From Nitrososphaerota archaeon (GTDB lineage Archaea > Thermoproteota > Nitrososphaeria_A > Caldarchaeales > Calditenuaceae), in assembly GCA_041641295.1 (NCBI GenBank), contig JBEPYO010000001.1, positions 608,001-672,000 on the forward strand: DNA of 64,000 nucleotides, in the 5' to 3' direction. Positions 9,266-17,868 of the stretch are shown one piece after another. The notes under the pieces are model-generated. The model saw only the letters and a list, made by a program, of their open reading frames with translations. It was not told where the DNA came from and ran no database searches. A program made the translations under genes and the position numbers. How positions within the stretch are numbered: the stretch's first letter is position 1; each line of letters starts with the position of its first letter.

Positions 9266-10426
9266 ATGTCTGGAGAGAGCTGCCCACGCGTAGCGGAGCC
9301 TGTAGCAGGGCAGGGAACAGGAGGACTAAATCCCGGTCTTCTCAACGAGCCCGAGGACCAAACAGGGAAAGGATTAGGAAGAGTCCGGCAGAGAATGACA
9401 CCGGAGGAAAAGAAGAAGCTCATGGATGTGCTGAAGAGGGAGGCTCTGAGAGGGCTAGGATACGTGAGAATATGGCGGATGTTAAGGAAGGATGGGGTAA
9501 ATGTATCGAGGCGGACCGTAGAATACTGGTATCGCAAGTTTTTTCCAGAGAGATTGGGGAGAAGGGGAAAATACCTTCCACGCGAATTGAGGATAACGCT
9601 GTACGAGGAAGTCCTGAGGCTGAGGAGGCAGGGATTAGGTTACAAGAAGATTAGGCGGAGGATTAAAGAATTATATGATATCACGCTTGCACCCGCGGTA
9701 ATTGTTGATTGGTGTAGAGGAATCCATACACCATATGGCGGAATACGAATTCCTACAGTAGACTACCTGAAGCCATCCCCAGAGCTAGCTTATGTCATAG
9801 GTGTTGTGTGCGGGGATGGATCAGCTGTTAAAACAAGGGGGAGAAGCGGTGAATATGTTATCGGATCTCAAGTTAAGGATCGAGAGTTTAGCGAGAGATT
9901 CGCAGAATGCCTCGGTCGAATACTGAATAGGAGCCCGCCAACGCCGATACTCGTTAGAGGTAAGTTTCAGGTTTGTGTAAGATCGAGAACTCTTTACCAA
10001 CTTCTCCGAAAACCAATCGACATAAACAGGATAAAGAATTTCACGGAGCATTGTGAAGACTGCATGAGAAGTTTCCTAAAAGGCTTCTTCGATAGCGAAG
10101 GATCAGTAAGTAAGGAGGGGGAAATTCGCTGTGACAACTCAGACAAACAACTCCTAAACTATGTCAAGACCCTCCTGAATCGTTTATGCATCGATGTAAC
10201 AGGGCCGCACTTAGGTGTAAAGAAAGATACGCCCATCTTTAATAAGGATATGCAGAGAATATACATGAGAAAGAAAGAAGTATATTATCTCAATATCAGG
10301 GCTCCATATAGGCTAAAGTATTACGAGCTTGTTGGATTCTCTATTCGAAAGAAACAACAACGAATGGAAAACTATTTCAGGAGAAGAGGACTACTGGGGG
10401 GTCGCCTACCAGACCACCCCCTATAG
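9266..10426 (+). CDS. free-standing tandem-HTH plus double-motif LAGLIDADG endonuclease-like protein
   Basis: Two GLGY...W HTH-like repeats and motifs LAYVIGVVCGDG and FLKGFFDSEG. No intein splice motifs are seen. An alternative start lies at ATG 9395. Confidence 0.88.
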   Translation: MSGESCPRVAEPVAGQGTGGLNPGLLNEPEDQTGKGLGRVRQRMTPEEKKKLMDVLKREALRGLGYVRIWRMLRKDGVNVSRRTVEYWYRKFFPERLGRRGKYLPRELRITLYEEVLRLRRQGLGYKKIRRRIKELYDITLAPAVIVDWCRGIHTPYGGIRIPTVDYLKPSPELAYVIGVVCGDGSAVKTRGRSGEYVIGSQVKDREFSERFAECLGRILNRSPPTPILVRGKFQVCVRSRTLYQLLRKPIDINRIKNFTEHCEDCMRSFLKGFFDSEGSVSKEGEIRCDNSDKQLLNYVKTLLNRLCIDVTGPHLGVKKDTPIFNKDMQRIYMRKKEVYYLNIRAPYRLKYYELVGFSIRKKQQRMENYFRRRGLLGGRLPDHPL

Positions 10427-10469
10427 TCTCTTTTCACCCCAATCTTGCTGGTGTCTCATTATATAAATG

Positions 10470-10561
10470 CGGGCCCGGTGGGACTCGAACCCACGGTTTC
10501 CGCGCCTTTAACGCTCTGCGGCTTAGGAGGCCGCCGCCTTATCCTTCTAGGCCACGGGCCC
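10470..10561 (-). tRNA. tRNA-Arg(CCT) with an 18-nt intron at non-canonical position 45/46 (intron 10498..10515)
   Basis: GGGCCCG acceptor stem and GCGGC-CTCCTAA-GCCGC anticodon arm. BHB-like motif CCGC-AGA-GC...GC-GCGG-AAA; removing the intron restores a 5-nt variable loop AGACC. Confidence 0.92.
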
Positions 10562-10596
10562 ATTAACACGCTGTTTGACGAATTTCAAAAACCTTG

Positions 10597-12414
10597 CTAT
10601 GGGACTGTTATGGATTTGGCGAGGTTTCGGGGCTTGTCCGGGTCGTGTCCTTTGACGAGGGCTGTGTAGTATGCGAGGAGCTGGAAGGGGATGGTGTAGG
10701 TTGTGGGTGAGAGGAGAGGATGGATCTTCGGCATCTCTATGTAGTAGTCGGCCAGCTGTTTCAGCTCTTGGTCTGAGGCGTCTCCCACGACGACTGTGTA
10801 GGCGCCTCTGGCCTTCATCTCCATTATGCTGCCTATGTTTAGTTTCCGGTACTCGTCTGGCGGCGCCACGAATATGACTGGGACACCGCTCTCTACCACG
10901 CTTATGGGGCCGTGCTTACTCTCGCCTGCCGGGTAGGTTATGCAGGGGATGTAGGAGAGCTCCATGAGTTTGAGCCGGCCCTCTAGGGCCGTGCTGTAGG
11001 ATACTCCGCGGCCGAGGATGAATACTACCCTGCTCTCAGCAATCCTCTCCGCCAGACGCCTTACAGGCTCATGAACCCTCGTCAAAGTCTCGGAAACAGC
11101 TTGTGGAACCCTCTCCAGCCAAGAGTTGAACTCGTCAATCTCGTACTGGGCTATCTTCCCCCTAAGCCTTGCGAGGCGGAGGGCAATCTTGGCCAGCACT
11201 AATACTTGCGATGTGAAGGTCTTGGTTGCCGCCACCCCTATCTCAGGCCCGGCGTTCTGGAGGACATAGGCTCTCGAGACCCTCGTCAAAGTTGAGCCGA
11301 CCGTATTGGTGATTCCGAGTATCGTGCAGGCCCTCATTCGAGCATACTCTAGCGCACTGAGCACGTCGGCGGTCTCGCCGGACTGGCTTACAGCCAAGAT
11401 GACAGTGTCGACACCTATGGAGGCTCCATAATTGGGTATGAACTCGGAGGCTATTACGGGAAAGGTGGGGAGCCGGGCAACCTGTGAGAAGAGGTATGAG
11501 CCAGCAACACATGCGTTATACGAGGTCCCCGCACCGAGGAGAAATACTGTGCGCCCCCTGTCGAGGAGCTCCGCTAGAAGGTCTACATACTCGATCTGGA
11601 GTCTGAGGGAGTTCCTAAGAGTCTCAGGCTGTTCAAATATCTCTTTGAGCATGAAGTGTGGGTATCCCTGCTTCTCAGCCATCTCGACTGTTAGGTCCAC
11701 TATCTTGACCGGCCTCTCAACAGCCTCACCCGTATCTATCCGTAGGATTCTGTAGCCGCTGCTAGTCAAGACCACCATGTCTCCGTCATGCAGGAAGACC
11801 ATCTCCTTGGTCATGTCTAGGAGGGCGGTGATGTCCGAGGCCACCATGTTAAAGCCCCTCCCAACCCCTATGATGAGCGGAGCCTCCCTCCTAGCTGCAA
11901 GGATTTTCTCCGGGCTCAAAGAGGAGACGAGAGCGACTGCATAGGACCCCTCAAGCCTCTGGAGAGCCTTCCTAAAAGCCTGCTCCAGCTCCTCACCCCT
12001 CCTCAAATACTCCTCGACCAGATGAGCTATGACCTCGCTGTCCGTCCTAGATGCTAGGGCGTGGTCGAGGTCTAGGAGCTCCTTCTTCAAGGCTAGGTAG
12101 TTTTCGATCACTCCGTTGTGAACTATGGCTATCCTTCCGCTGCAGTCGGTGTGGGGGTGTGCGTTCAGTGCCGTTGGGGCGCCGTGGGTGGCCCATCTCG
12201 TGTGGGCTATCCCAAGGGTGCCGGGCATGGAATCCAGCTTCAGCCTCGCATTGATCTCATTAACCCTGCCCGCATCCTTCCTAACCACAACCTCACCCGC
12301 GTAGACTGTCGCCACTCCGGCCGAGTCGTACCCACGGTATTCAAGCCTCTTCAAAGCCCTCAACAATATAGGCGCTGCGCTCTCCGCGCCTGCGTAGCCC
12401 ACAATGCCGCACAT
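10597..12414 (-). CDS. glmS: glutamine-fructose-6-phosphate transaminase
   Basis: MCGIVG N-terminus, HTRWATHG, SQSGET, PRNLAKS. Confidence 0.97.
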   Translation of the reverse strand: MCGIVGYAGAESAAPILLRALKRLEYRGYDSAGVATVYAGEVVVRKDAGRVNEINARLKLDSMPGTLGIAHTRWATHGAPTALNAHPHTDCSGRIAIVHNGVIENYLALKKELLDLDHALASRTDSEVIAHLVEEYLRRGEELEQAFRKALQRLEGSYAVALVSSLSPEKILAARREAPLIIGVGRGFNMVASDITALLDMTKEMVFLHDGDMVVLTSSGYRILRIDTGEAVERPVKIVDLTVEMAEKQGYPHFMLKEIFEQPETLRNSLRLQIEYVDLLAELLDRGRTVFLLGAGTSYNACVAGSYLFSQVARLPTFPVIASEFIPNYGASIGVDTVILAVSQSGETADVLSALEYARMRACTILGITNTVGSTLTRVSRAYVLQNAGPEIGVAATKTFTSQVLVLAKIALRLARLRGKIAQYEIDEFNSWLERVPQAVSETLTRVHEPVRRLAERIAESRVVFILGRGVSYSTALEGRLKLMELSYIPCITYPAGESKHGPISVVESGVPVIFVAPPDEYRKLNIGSIMEMKARGAYTVVVGDASDQELKQLADYYIEMPKIHPLLSPTTYTIPFQLLAYYTALVKGHDPDKPRNLAKSITVP

Positions 12415-12558
12415 TTAGCCGCGAGTAGGCTCCCCCCGCATTTAAGTCCTGCTATTTCGAAAGAATAGACGCGCTTCTCTCCAAGGATTGGAGAGGAAGA
12501 TGTTGCCAGCTTTTGCTAAGTGTTTTCTTGAGATGGTGGGGAACGCCTCACAGGGGAG

Positions 12559-12846
12559 ATGGTTGTGCGAGAGTTTACTACGCTGGTGGGGGCGGGCTTG
12601 GGCGTAGATTTAAATGTCCCCCCTGGATTTGTGCTGGCTGGTGTCTTCCTAATGGTTAGGCCGAGGCCGCAGCTTTTTGTGAGGCTGGCTGTCAAGGTGC
12701 TCGGAGTAGTAGGCCTAGTCATCTCGGTCCAGATGATGCAGGCGCTCTTCTCCCTCGAGATGGGGGCAATGACTGTCTTCCCCTACATCGCCATCGCAGT
12801 GTTTGCCGCCCTCTTGGTCGCCAGCATCCTTGCAATCCTAGCCTGA
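12559..12846 (+). CDS. small hypothetical membrane protein (about 3 TM segments)
   Basis: Hydrophobic ORF immediately upstream of thrC. Confidence 0.5.
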   Translation: MVVREFTTLVGAGLGVDLNVPPGFVLAGVFLMVRPRPQLFVRLAVKVLGVVGLVISVQMMQALFSLEMGAMTVFPYIAIAVFAALLVASILAILA

Positions 12847-12862
12847 GCCATAGGTTGAGACG

Positions 12863-14044
12863 GTGCCTCCTCAGGAGTATCAGCTTGTATGTATAACGTG
12901 CGGCGAGACCTACCCCTACAACGAGATAGTATACAGGTGTCGGAGGTGCGGTGATCTATTAGAAGCGAGGATTGAGGGTGGAGATGTTTTCAGGCTGGAC
13001 AGTCTTGGGGGACGGGTTCAGAGCATTTGGCGGTATAGGGAGCTGCTGCCCAGCTTTTTCACCCGGATAGTTAGCCTAGGGGAGGGTTATACTAGGCTCC
13101 TGAGGGCTGAGAGGCTCGCGGAGACGGTCGGTGTCAGGGAGCTGTATGTCAAGCTGGAGGGGCTCAACCCTACGGGGAGCTTCAAGGACCGTGGCATGAG
13201 CGTGGGCGTCTCGATGGCCTGCACGCTAGGGGCGAGGAGTGTGGTCTGCGCCTCAACCGGCAACACTTCAGCCTCCCTAGCCGCCTACGCAGCTAGGGCA
13301 GGTCTTGAGTGTAGAGTCTACGTGCCCGAGGGAAAGATAGCTCTGGGAAAGCTCTTCCAGGCTAGGATGTTTGGGGCCAGAATCCACCAGGTCTCGGGAA
13401 GCTTTGACGACGCCTTGAGACTAGTAATAGAGAGGAGTGGCGGCGAGGCCTATATTCTAAACTCGGTGAACCCGTGGAGGATTGAGGGGCAGAAGACTGC
13501 AGCCTTCGAACTCTGGGAGCAGATGGGTGGTGAGACAGACTATGTAGTCGTGCTACCGGTGGGCAACTCTGGAAACATCTCCGCCTACTGGAAAGGATTC
13601 CGAGAACTCCTCGACCACGGACTCATCAACACGGCACCCAGGCTGGTGGGGGTGCAGGCCGCGGGAGCCGCACCAATCGTCGAGATGCTTAGCAGGGGCT
13701 TGGACAGGCTCCCAGACTGGCCAAACCCTGAGACGATAGCAACCGCCATCAGGATAGGCAGGCCGATAAACTGGAAAAAGGGGGTCCGCGCAATAAAGGA
13801 GTCAGGTGGAACGGCAGTCAAGGTAAGCGACGAGGAAATCCTCCAAGCCCTGAGGCTCCTAGCAACGACTGAGGGAATTGCGACCGAGCCCGCGGGAGCC
13901 GCACCAATAGCGGGCGTCAAGAGGCTTGTGGAGGAGGGCTGGCTCGGCAGAGACGACAAGGTCATCTGCATAGCCACGGGAAACATGCTCAAAGACACCA
14001 GCGAGATACTCGTAGCGTGGAACCAGCCCCAGAAACACGTCTAG
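12863..14044 (+). CDS. thrC: threonine synthase
   Basis: N-terminal Zn ribbon, NPTGSFKDRG PLP-lysine motif, ASTGNTS. Confidence 0.95.
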   Translation: MPPQEYQLVCITCGETYPYNEIVYRCRRCGDLLEARIEGGDVFRLDSLGGRVQSIWRYRELLPSFFTRIVSLGEGYTRLLRAERLAETVGVRELYVKLEGLNPTGSFKDRGMSVGVSMACTLGARSVVCASTGNTSASLAAYAARAGLECRVYVPEGKIALGKLFQARMFGARIHQVSGSFDDALRLVIERSGGEAYILNSVNPWRIEGQKTAAFELWEQMGGETDYVVVLPVGNSGNISAYWKGFRELLDHGLINTAPRLVGVQAAGAAPIVEMLSRGLDRLPDWPNPETIATAIRIGRPINWKKGVRAIKESGGTAVKVSDEEILQALRLLATTEGIATEPAGAAPIAGVKRLVEEGWLGRDDKVICIATGNMLKDTSEILVAWNQPQKHV

Positions 14045-14125
14045 CCCCACCACCCTGGCAGAGCCTAGACACATAATCCCATGAACCTACATATACGGCC
14101 AGCCCCACGCGAATTTGAAGAGGGT

Positions 14126-14222
14126 GGGCCGGTAGATCAGCGGTAGATCGCCCGCCTCGCAAGCGGAGGCCTCGCTCCGCCGAGAACGCGGGAGGTCCCG
14201 GGTTCGAATCCCGGCCGGTCCA
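14126..14222 (+). tRNA. tRNA-Ala(CGC) with a canonical 25-nt intron at 37/38 (14162..14186)
   Basis: G3:U70 pair in the GGGCCGG/CCGGTCC stem. BHB formed by the CTCG/CGAG helix and the GCGGAG/CTCCGC intron stem. Confidence 0.95.
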
Positions 14223-14289
14223 AGGTTTTCCAGTTGTTGTGCCGCTCTCAGAGGGGTTTATTTTTAAATATCGGGGCTGATGCGTCAGA

Positions 14290-15744
14290 TTGGGAGGATT
14301 TATTGCCAAGGAATCCGAGAAGTTCGAGCGGTTCAGTGAGTGGTTTGATAACGTCCTCCTAACGGCGCGGATAGCCGACAACAGGTATCCTGTGAAGGGG
14401 TTTATCGTCTACCTTGAGAATGGGTGGTTCGTCATTGAGAGGATTAGGAGGAGGCTTGAGGAGCTCCTCGAGGAGGACGGACACCTTCCCATGTATTATC
14501 CACTAGTAGCTACGCTGGAGAATTTCTCGCGCGAGGCTGAGCACATCAAGGGGTTCATGGGCGAGGTTTTCGCGGTCGGTAAGCTTCGGACTGGGGAGAG
14601 CGAAGTCCAGGAGGAGGCCCCACTCATACTCAGGCCCACCTCAGAGACCATAATGTACCCGATGTTCGCCCTCTGGATCAACAACCACTCAGACCTTCCA
14701 CTGAAGGTCCACCAAAGCTGCGCGGTATACCGCTACGAGACAAAGGCTACTAGGGCCCTCTACAGGGTTAGAGAGATTCCGTGGAATGAAGCCCACACAG
14801 CCCATGCCACTAGGGAGGAGGCAGAGGCGCAGGTGAGGAAGGCCGTCGAGATCTATAGAAAGGTGTTGGACGAGCTGGGGATTGCCTACCTCACCCTTCG
14901 GAGGCCTGACTTCGACAAGTTCGCAGGCGCGGAATACTCTATAGCGTTTGATGCGTGGAATCCTGACGGGAAAGTCAACCAGGTTGCGACGGTCCACAAC
15001 CTGGGGACAAACTTCTCCAGGGTCTTCGGCATAGTCTTTGAGAAGAAGGAGGGGGGTAAGGACTATGCCTGGCAGCTCTGCTATGGCTTCGGCTACAGTA
15101 GGGTCCTCGCAGCCATCATTGCACAGCACGGAGACGACCTAGGACCAATCTTCCCGCCCTGGGTGGCGCCAATCCAGATCGTAATCGTCCCCATACCGTA
15201 TAAGGGTAGGGAGGCTGAAGTGTATGAGTACGCTAGGGAGGTGTATAGTCTTTTAAGGCCGGGCTACAGGGTGAGGCTTGACGACCGCGAGGACGCCACG
15301 CCGGGTGAGAAGTACTATTATTGGGAGAGGAGGGGTGTGCCGCTGAGGGTTGAGGTGGGTCCGAGGGATGTTGAGAAGAGGGCCGTGGTGCTTGCGAGGC
15401 GGGACACTGGTGAGAAGTTTAGCGCGCCTATTGAGAAGTTGAGGGAGGAGGTTGCAAGGGTACTTGAGGACATAGCCCGGAACCTCTCTGAGCGCTCGAA
15501 GAAGAGGCTCTGGGAGCAGATAGTAGATGCAAAAAGCCTAGAGGAGGGTGCAAAGAGTGTTGATCTGGGCAAGATATGTAGGGTTAGCTGGTGTGGAAGG
15601 GAAGAGTGCGCCCTCTCACTAAAGAGTGCAATGGGTGCGGAGGTGCGTGGATATCGCTACGATGTTGACGAGAAGAGTGATAGGCCCTGTATTGTCTGCG
15701 GCTCACCTGGCAGGACTTATCTCTACGTCTCGAGGGCCTACTGA
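14290..15744 (+). CDS. proS: proline-tRNA ligase (archaeal/eukaryotic type)
   Basis: FSEWF, LRPTSET, YRYETK, C-terminal Zn domain ending RAY. Confidence 0.96.
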   Translation: MGGFIAKESEKFERFSEWFDNVLLTARIADNRYPVKGFIVYLENGWFVIERIRRRLEELLEEDGHLPMYYPLVATLENFSREAEHIKGFMGEVFAVGKLRTGESEVQEEAPLILRPTSETIMYPMFALWINNHSDLPLKVHQSCAVYRYETKATRALYRVREIPWNEAHTAHATREEAEAQVRKAVEIYRKVLDELGIAYLTLRRPDFDKFAGAEYSIAFDAWNPDGKVNQVATVHNLGTNFSRVFGIVFEKKEGGKDYAWQLCYGFGYSRVLAAIIAQHGDDLGPIFPPWVAPIQIVIVPIPYKGREAEVYEYAREVYSLLRPGYRVRLDDREDATPGEKYYYWERRGVPLRVEVGPRDVEKRAVVLARRDTGEKFSAPIEKLREEVARVLEDIARNLSERSKKRLWEQIVDAKSLEEGAKSVDLGKICRVSWCGREECALSLKSAMGAEVRGYRYDVDEKSDRPCIVCGSPGRTYLYVSRAY

Positions 15745-15758
15745 GGCAGCGATGTATC

Positions 15759-16538
15759 CTATGTCAGCTCGCCCTGGCTGACCTCTATTAGGCCCTTCTC
15801 CTCCAGCCGCCTCAGAACCTCCTCCACCTCCTCCTCAGGTATCCCAAGGGCCCGGGAGCATGTTTCAACCTCAAGTACCGAGCCCTCAGGGAGGGAGGAG
15901 ATGTAGTTGTAGATCATGCGTTCTTTGGACGTGAGTGTTGGGACTTCCGGGAAGCTCTCCGCCATCTTCTGCGCAATAATGGCCCTAGCCTCGTCAAGTA
16001 TCCTCATGGCCTCGTCGGAGAGCTCTTCTTGGTCAGCCTCTTGGGAGGGGAGGCTTATCGACATGCCAGAGCCGGCTATTAGACTGTCTATCGCGCCACT
16101 AAGGCTGTCTAGGCTCTCAGCGGCCTCCGGGACAACCTTCACAATCTCCATCCTGACACGCTCCAACAACCCCTTCAGCACGGGCGCCAGCCCTATGATC
16201 TCCCGGAGCTCCAGAAGACTCTCCATCCTTACCCTAACCTGCTCGAGGACTAGGAGGGACTGGAGGACAATCCTCGCAATCCTACGGAGCTCGGCTATCT
16301 CACCGGCATAAATGGCCGCGTAGCCCTCATCACCCATCTGGAGGGCTTGGATACACCGCTCAAAATACTCCCTCCCACGAGCCTCCAGCCCCGCATACTT
16401 GTTCTTCAAACGGTTAATCTGGGTGTTAAGCATCATGAGGGCGGATGATAGTCTCGAACTGTAGGAGTCTGGCGCCTCCCTTACTCTGCGCCCCCTCCCA
16501 AGGGCCCTGGCCCTGATATACTCAATAATCCTAGCCAT
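15759..16538 (-). CDS. ESCRT-III / CdvB-like protein with C-terminal winged helix
   Basis: Snf7-like core (AAIYAGEIAELRRI...LEQVRVRME), FPEVP MIM2-like segment, terminal wHTH (LRRLEEKGLI). Confidence 0.8.
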   Translation of the reverse strand: MARIIEYIRARALGRGRRVREAPDSYSSRLSSALMMLNTQINRLKNKYAGLEARGREYFERCIQALQMGDEGYAAIYAGEIAELRRIARIVLQSLLVLEQVRVRMESLLELREIIGLAPVLKGLLERVRMEIVKVVPEAAESLDSLSGAIDSLIAGSGMSISLPSQEADQEELSDEAMRILDEARAIIAQKMAESFPEVPTLTSKERMIYNYISSLPEGSVLEVETCSRALGIPEEEVEEVLRRLEEKGLIEVSQGELT

Positions 16539-16685
16539 TGTTCAGAGGCCCTGCCGCCCGTCTCCATAGATAAATCCTGAAGGTGGGGGGTCGCGGGGCC
16601 ATTAACCCGTATTACCTGATAAATCTCCGGGGAGTCCCTGCGACATGCTTGATGGCTGTGAACGGATAAATATGGGGGCGGATAT

Positions 16686-16871
16686 TTGGGAGGCGTGTCA
16701 GGCTCGCGGAGGCGTAGGAGGGAGGCGCCCCTGCCAGCCACTGGGGCAGGGCTACTAAGATTCTTTGAGGAGGAGACCAAAGGTATTAAGCTCAAGCCCC
16801 AGATAATATTGCTGGCCGGCGGCCTCTTGATAGCAATGGTACTACTGTTTCGAGTCCTCTTCCCAATATAG
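16686..16871 (+). CDS. preprotein translocase Sec61beta subunit
   Basis: AGLLRFFEEE...IKLKP motif followed by a single TM helix. Confidence 0.9.
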   Translation: MGGVSGSRRRRREAPLPATGAGLLRFFEEETKGIKLKPQIILLAGGLLIAMVLLFRVLFPI

Positions 16872-16948
16872 GGAGTCCCCCTAAAAACCAGCCTGAAGAT
16901 GGTGAGGAAAAAATGTAGGAGGTGTATGTGGTAGCGGCAGGGCCTCTT

Positions 16949-17119
16949 CTACTGGCCCTGCTGCGTCTGTGCAGGCGGCGCCTCTGGAGGAGCTGGCTTC
17001 GCGGCAGGCTTCTTGGCCGCAGCCTTCTTCTTGGCTGCAGCCTTCTTCCCCTTCGCGCGCGCCGTCTTCTTTCCACCCTTCTTAGCCTTTGCCGACCCCT
17101 TAGCTTTTCGCGCCGGCAT
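16949..17119 (-). CDS. 56-aa Lys/Ala/Pro-rich basic protein (histone H1 tail-like); absent from the ORF track
   Basis: Manual translation MPARKAKGSAKAKKGGKKTARAKGKKAAAKKKAAAKKPAAKPAPPEAPPAQTQQGQ. ATG start and an upstream TATA-like CTTATATT. Confidence 0.75.
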   Translation of the reverse strand: MPARKAKGSAKAKKGGKKTARAKGKKAAAKKKAAAKKPAAKPAPPEAPPAQTQQGQ

Positions 17120-17219
17120 ACCTCACACGCAAAATATAGTGAGATTATCAATAATATAAGAATTTTGCTGTCCCAGCTATTCCACGAAGGGTTTATACCA
17201 CCACAGCCACCATGTTTGT

Positions 17220-17816
17220 GTGTTGTCGAGGTTCTCGGTGATTGTTTTAGCAGCGGGTGGGTCGAAGCGGATGGGGGCGAACAAGCTTCTAACAACACTC
17301 TCAGGTAAGCCGCTGGTTTCGTGGAGTGTTGAGGCGGCGCTTGCCTCAGGCTGTGCTGAGGTGGTAGTGGTTGTTGGACATGAGGCGGAGAGGGTTAGAG
17401 AGGTCCTTCCCCCAGGCGTTAGGCCTGTGGTTAACAAGGAGTGGGAGGAGGGGGTTTCAAGCAGTATTAGAAGGGGTGTGATTGAAGTCTCCCACGACTC
17501 GGAGGCGGTGGTCATAATGGTTGCCGACCAGCCCCTAGTCCATCCCTCCATACCAGCGCTCCTAGCCAACCTAGTGCTTCAGGGAGGGCACCCTCTATCC
17601 TGCGCCGCCGTGGGAGGCGAGCCTCGAAACCCGGCCGCCTTCCACAAGAGCCTCTACAACGAGCTGATTGGATTGGAGGGTGATAGGGGCGCGAAGAGCG
17701 TTATTTTCCGGCACCTATCCGAGGCGGCGCTTCTCGAAGTGCCTGAGGAGATGCTTATGGACGTAGATACGCCCGGGGACTTGGAGAGATTGGCAAAAAT
17801 CCTGAAACCCAGCTAG
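17220..17816 (+). CDS. MocA/MobA-family molybdenum cofactor nucleotidyltransferase
   Basis: VLAAGGSKRMG.NKLL, DQP, GDRGAK and DVDTP motifs. Confidence 0.88.
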   Translation: MLSRFSVIVLAAGGSKRMGANKLLTTLSGKPLVSWSVEAALASGCAEVVVVVGHEAERVREVLPPGVRPVVNKEWEEGVSSSIRRGVIEVSHDSEAVVIMVADQPLVHPSIPALLANLVLQGGHPLSCAAVGGEPRNPAAFHKSLYNELIGLEGDRGAKSVIFRHLSEAALLEVPEEMLMDVDTPGDLERLAKILKPS

Positions 17817-17868
17817 GTAAAATTGATTTATCCACTATGGGGCTCGGATTTGGCGGAGGCTGGACGGT

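Noticed and set aside
16792-17308. Arg-rich 168-aa and Leu/Arg-rich 128-aa ORFs in the track
   Set aside because: They are alternative-frame and antisense shadows of the Lys/Ala-rich 56-aa gene and overlap real neighbouring genes.
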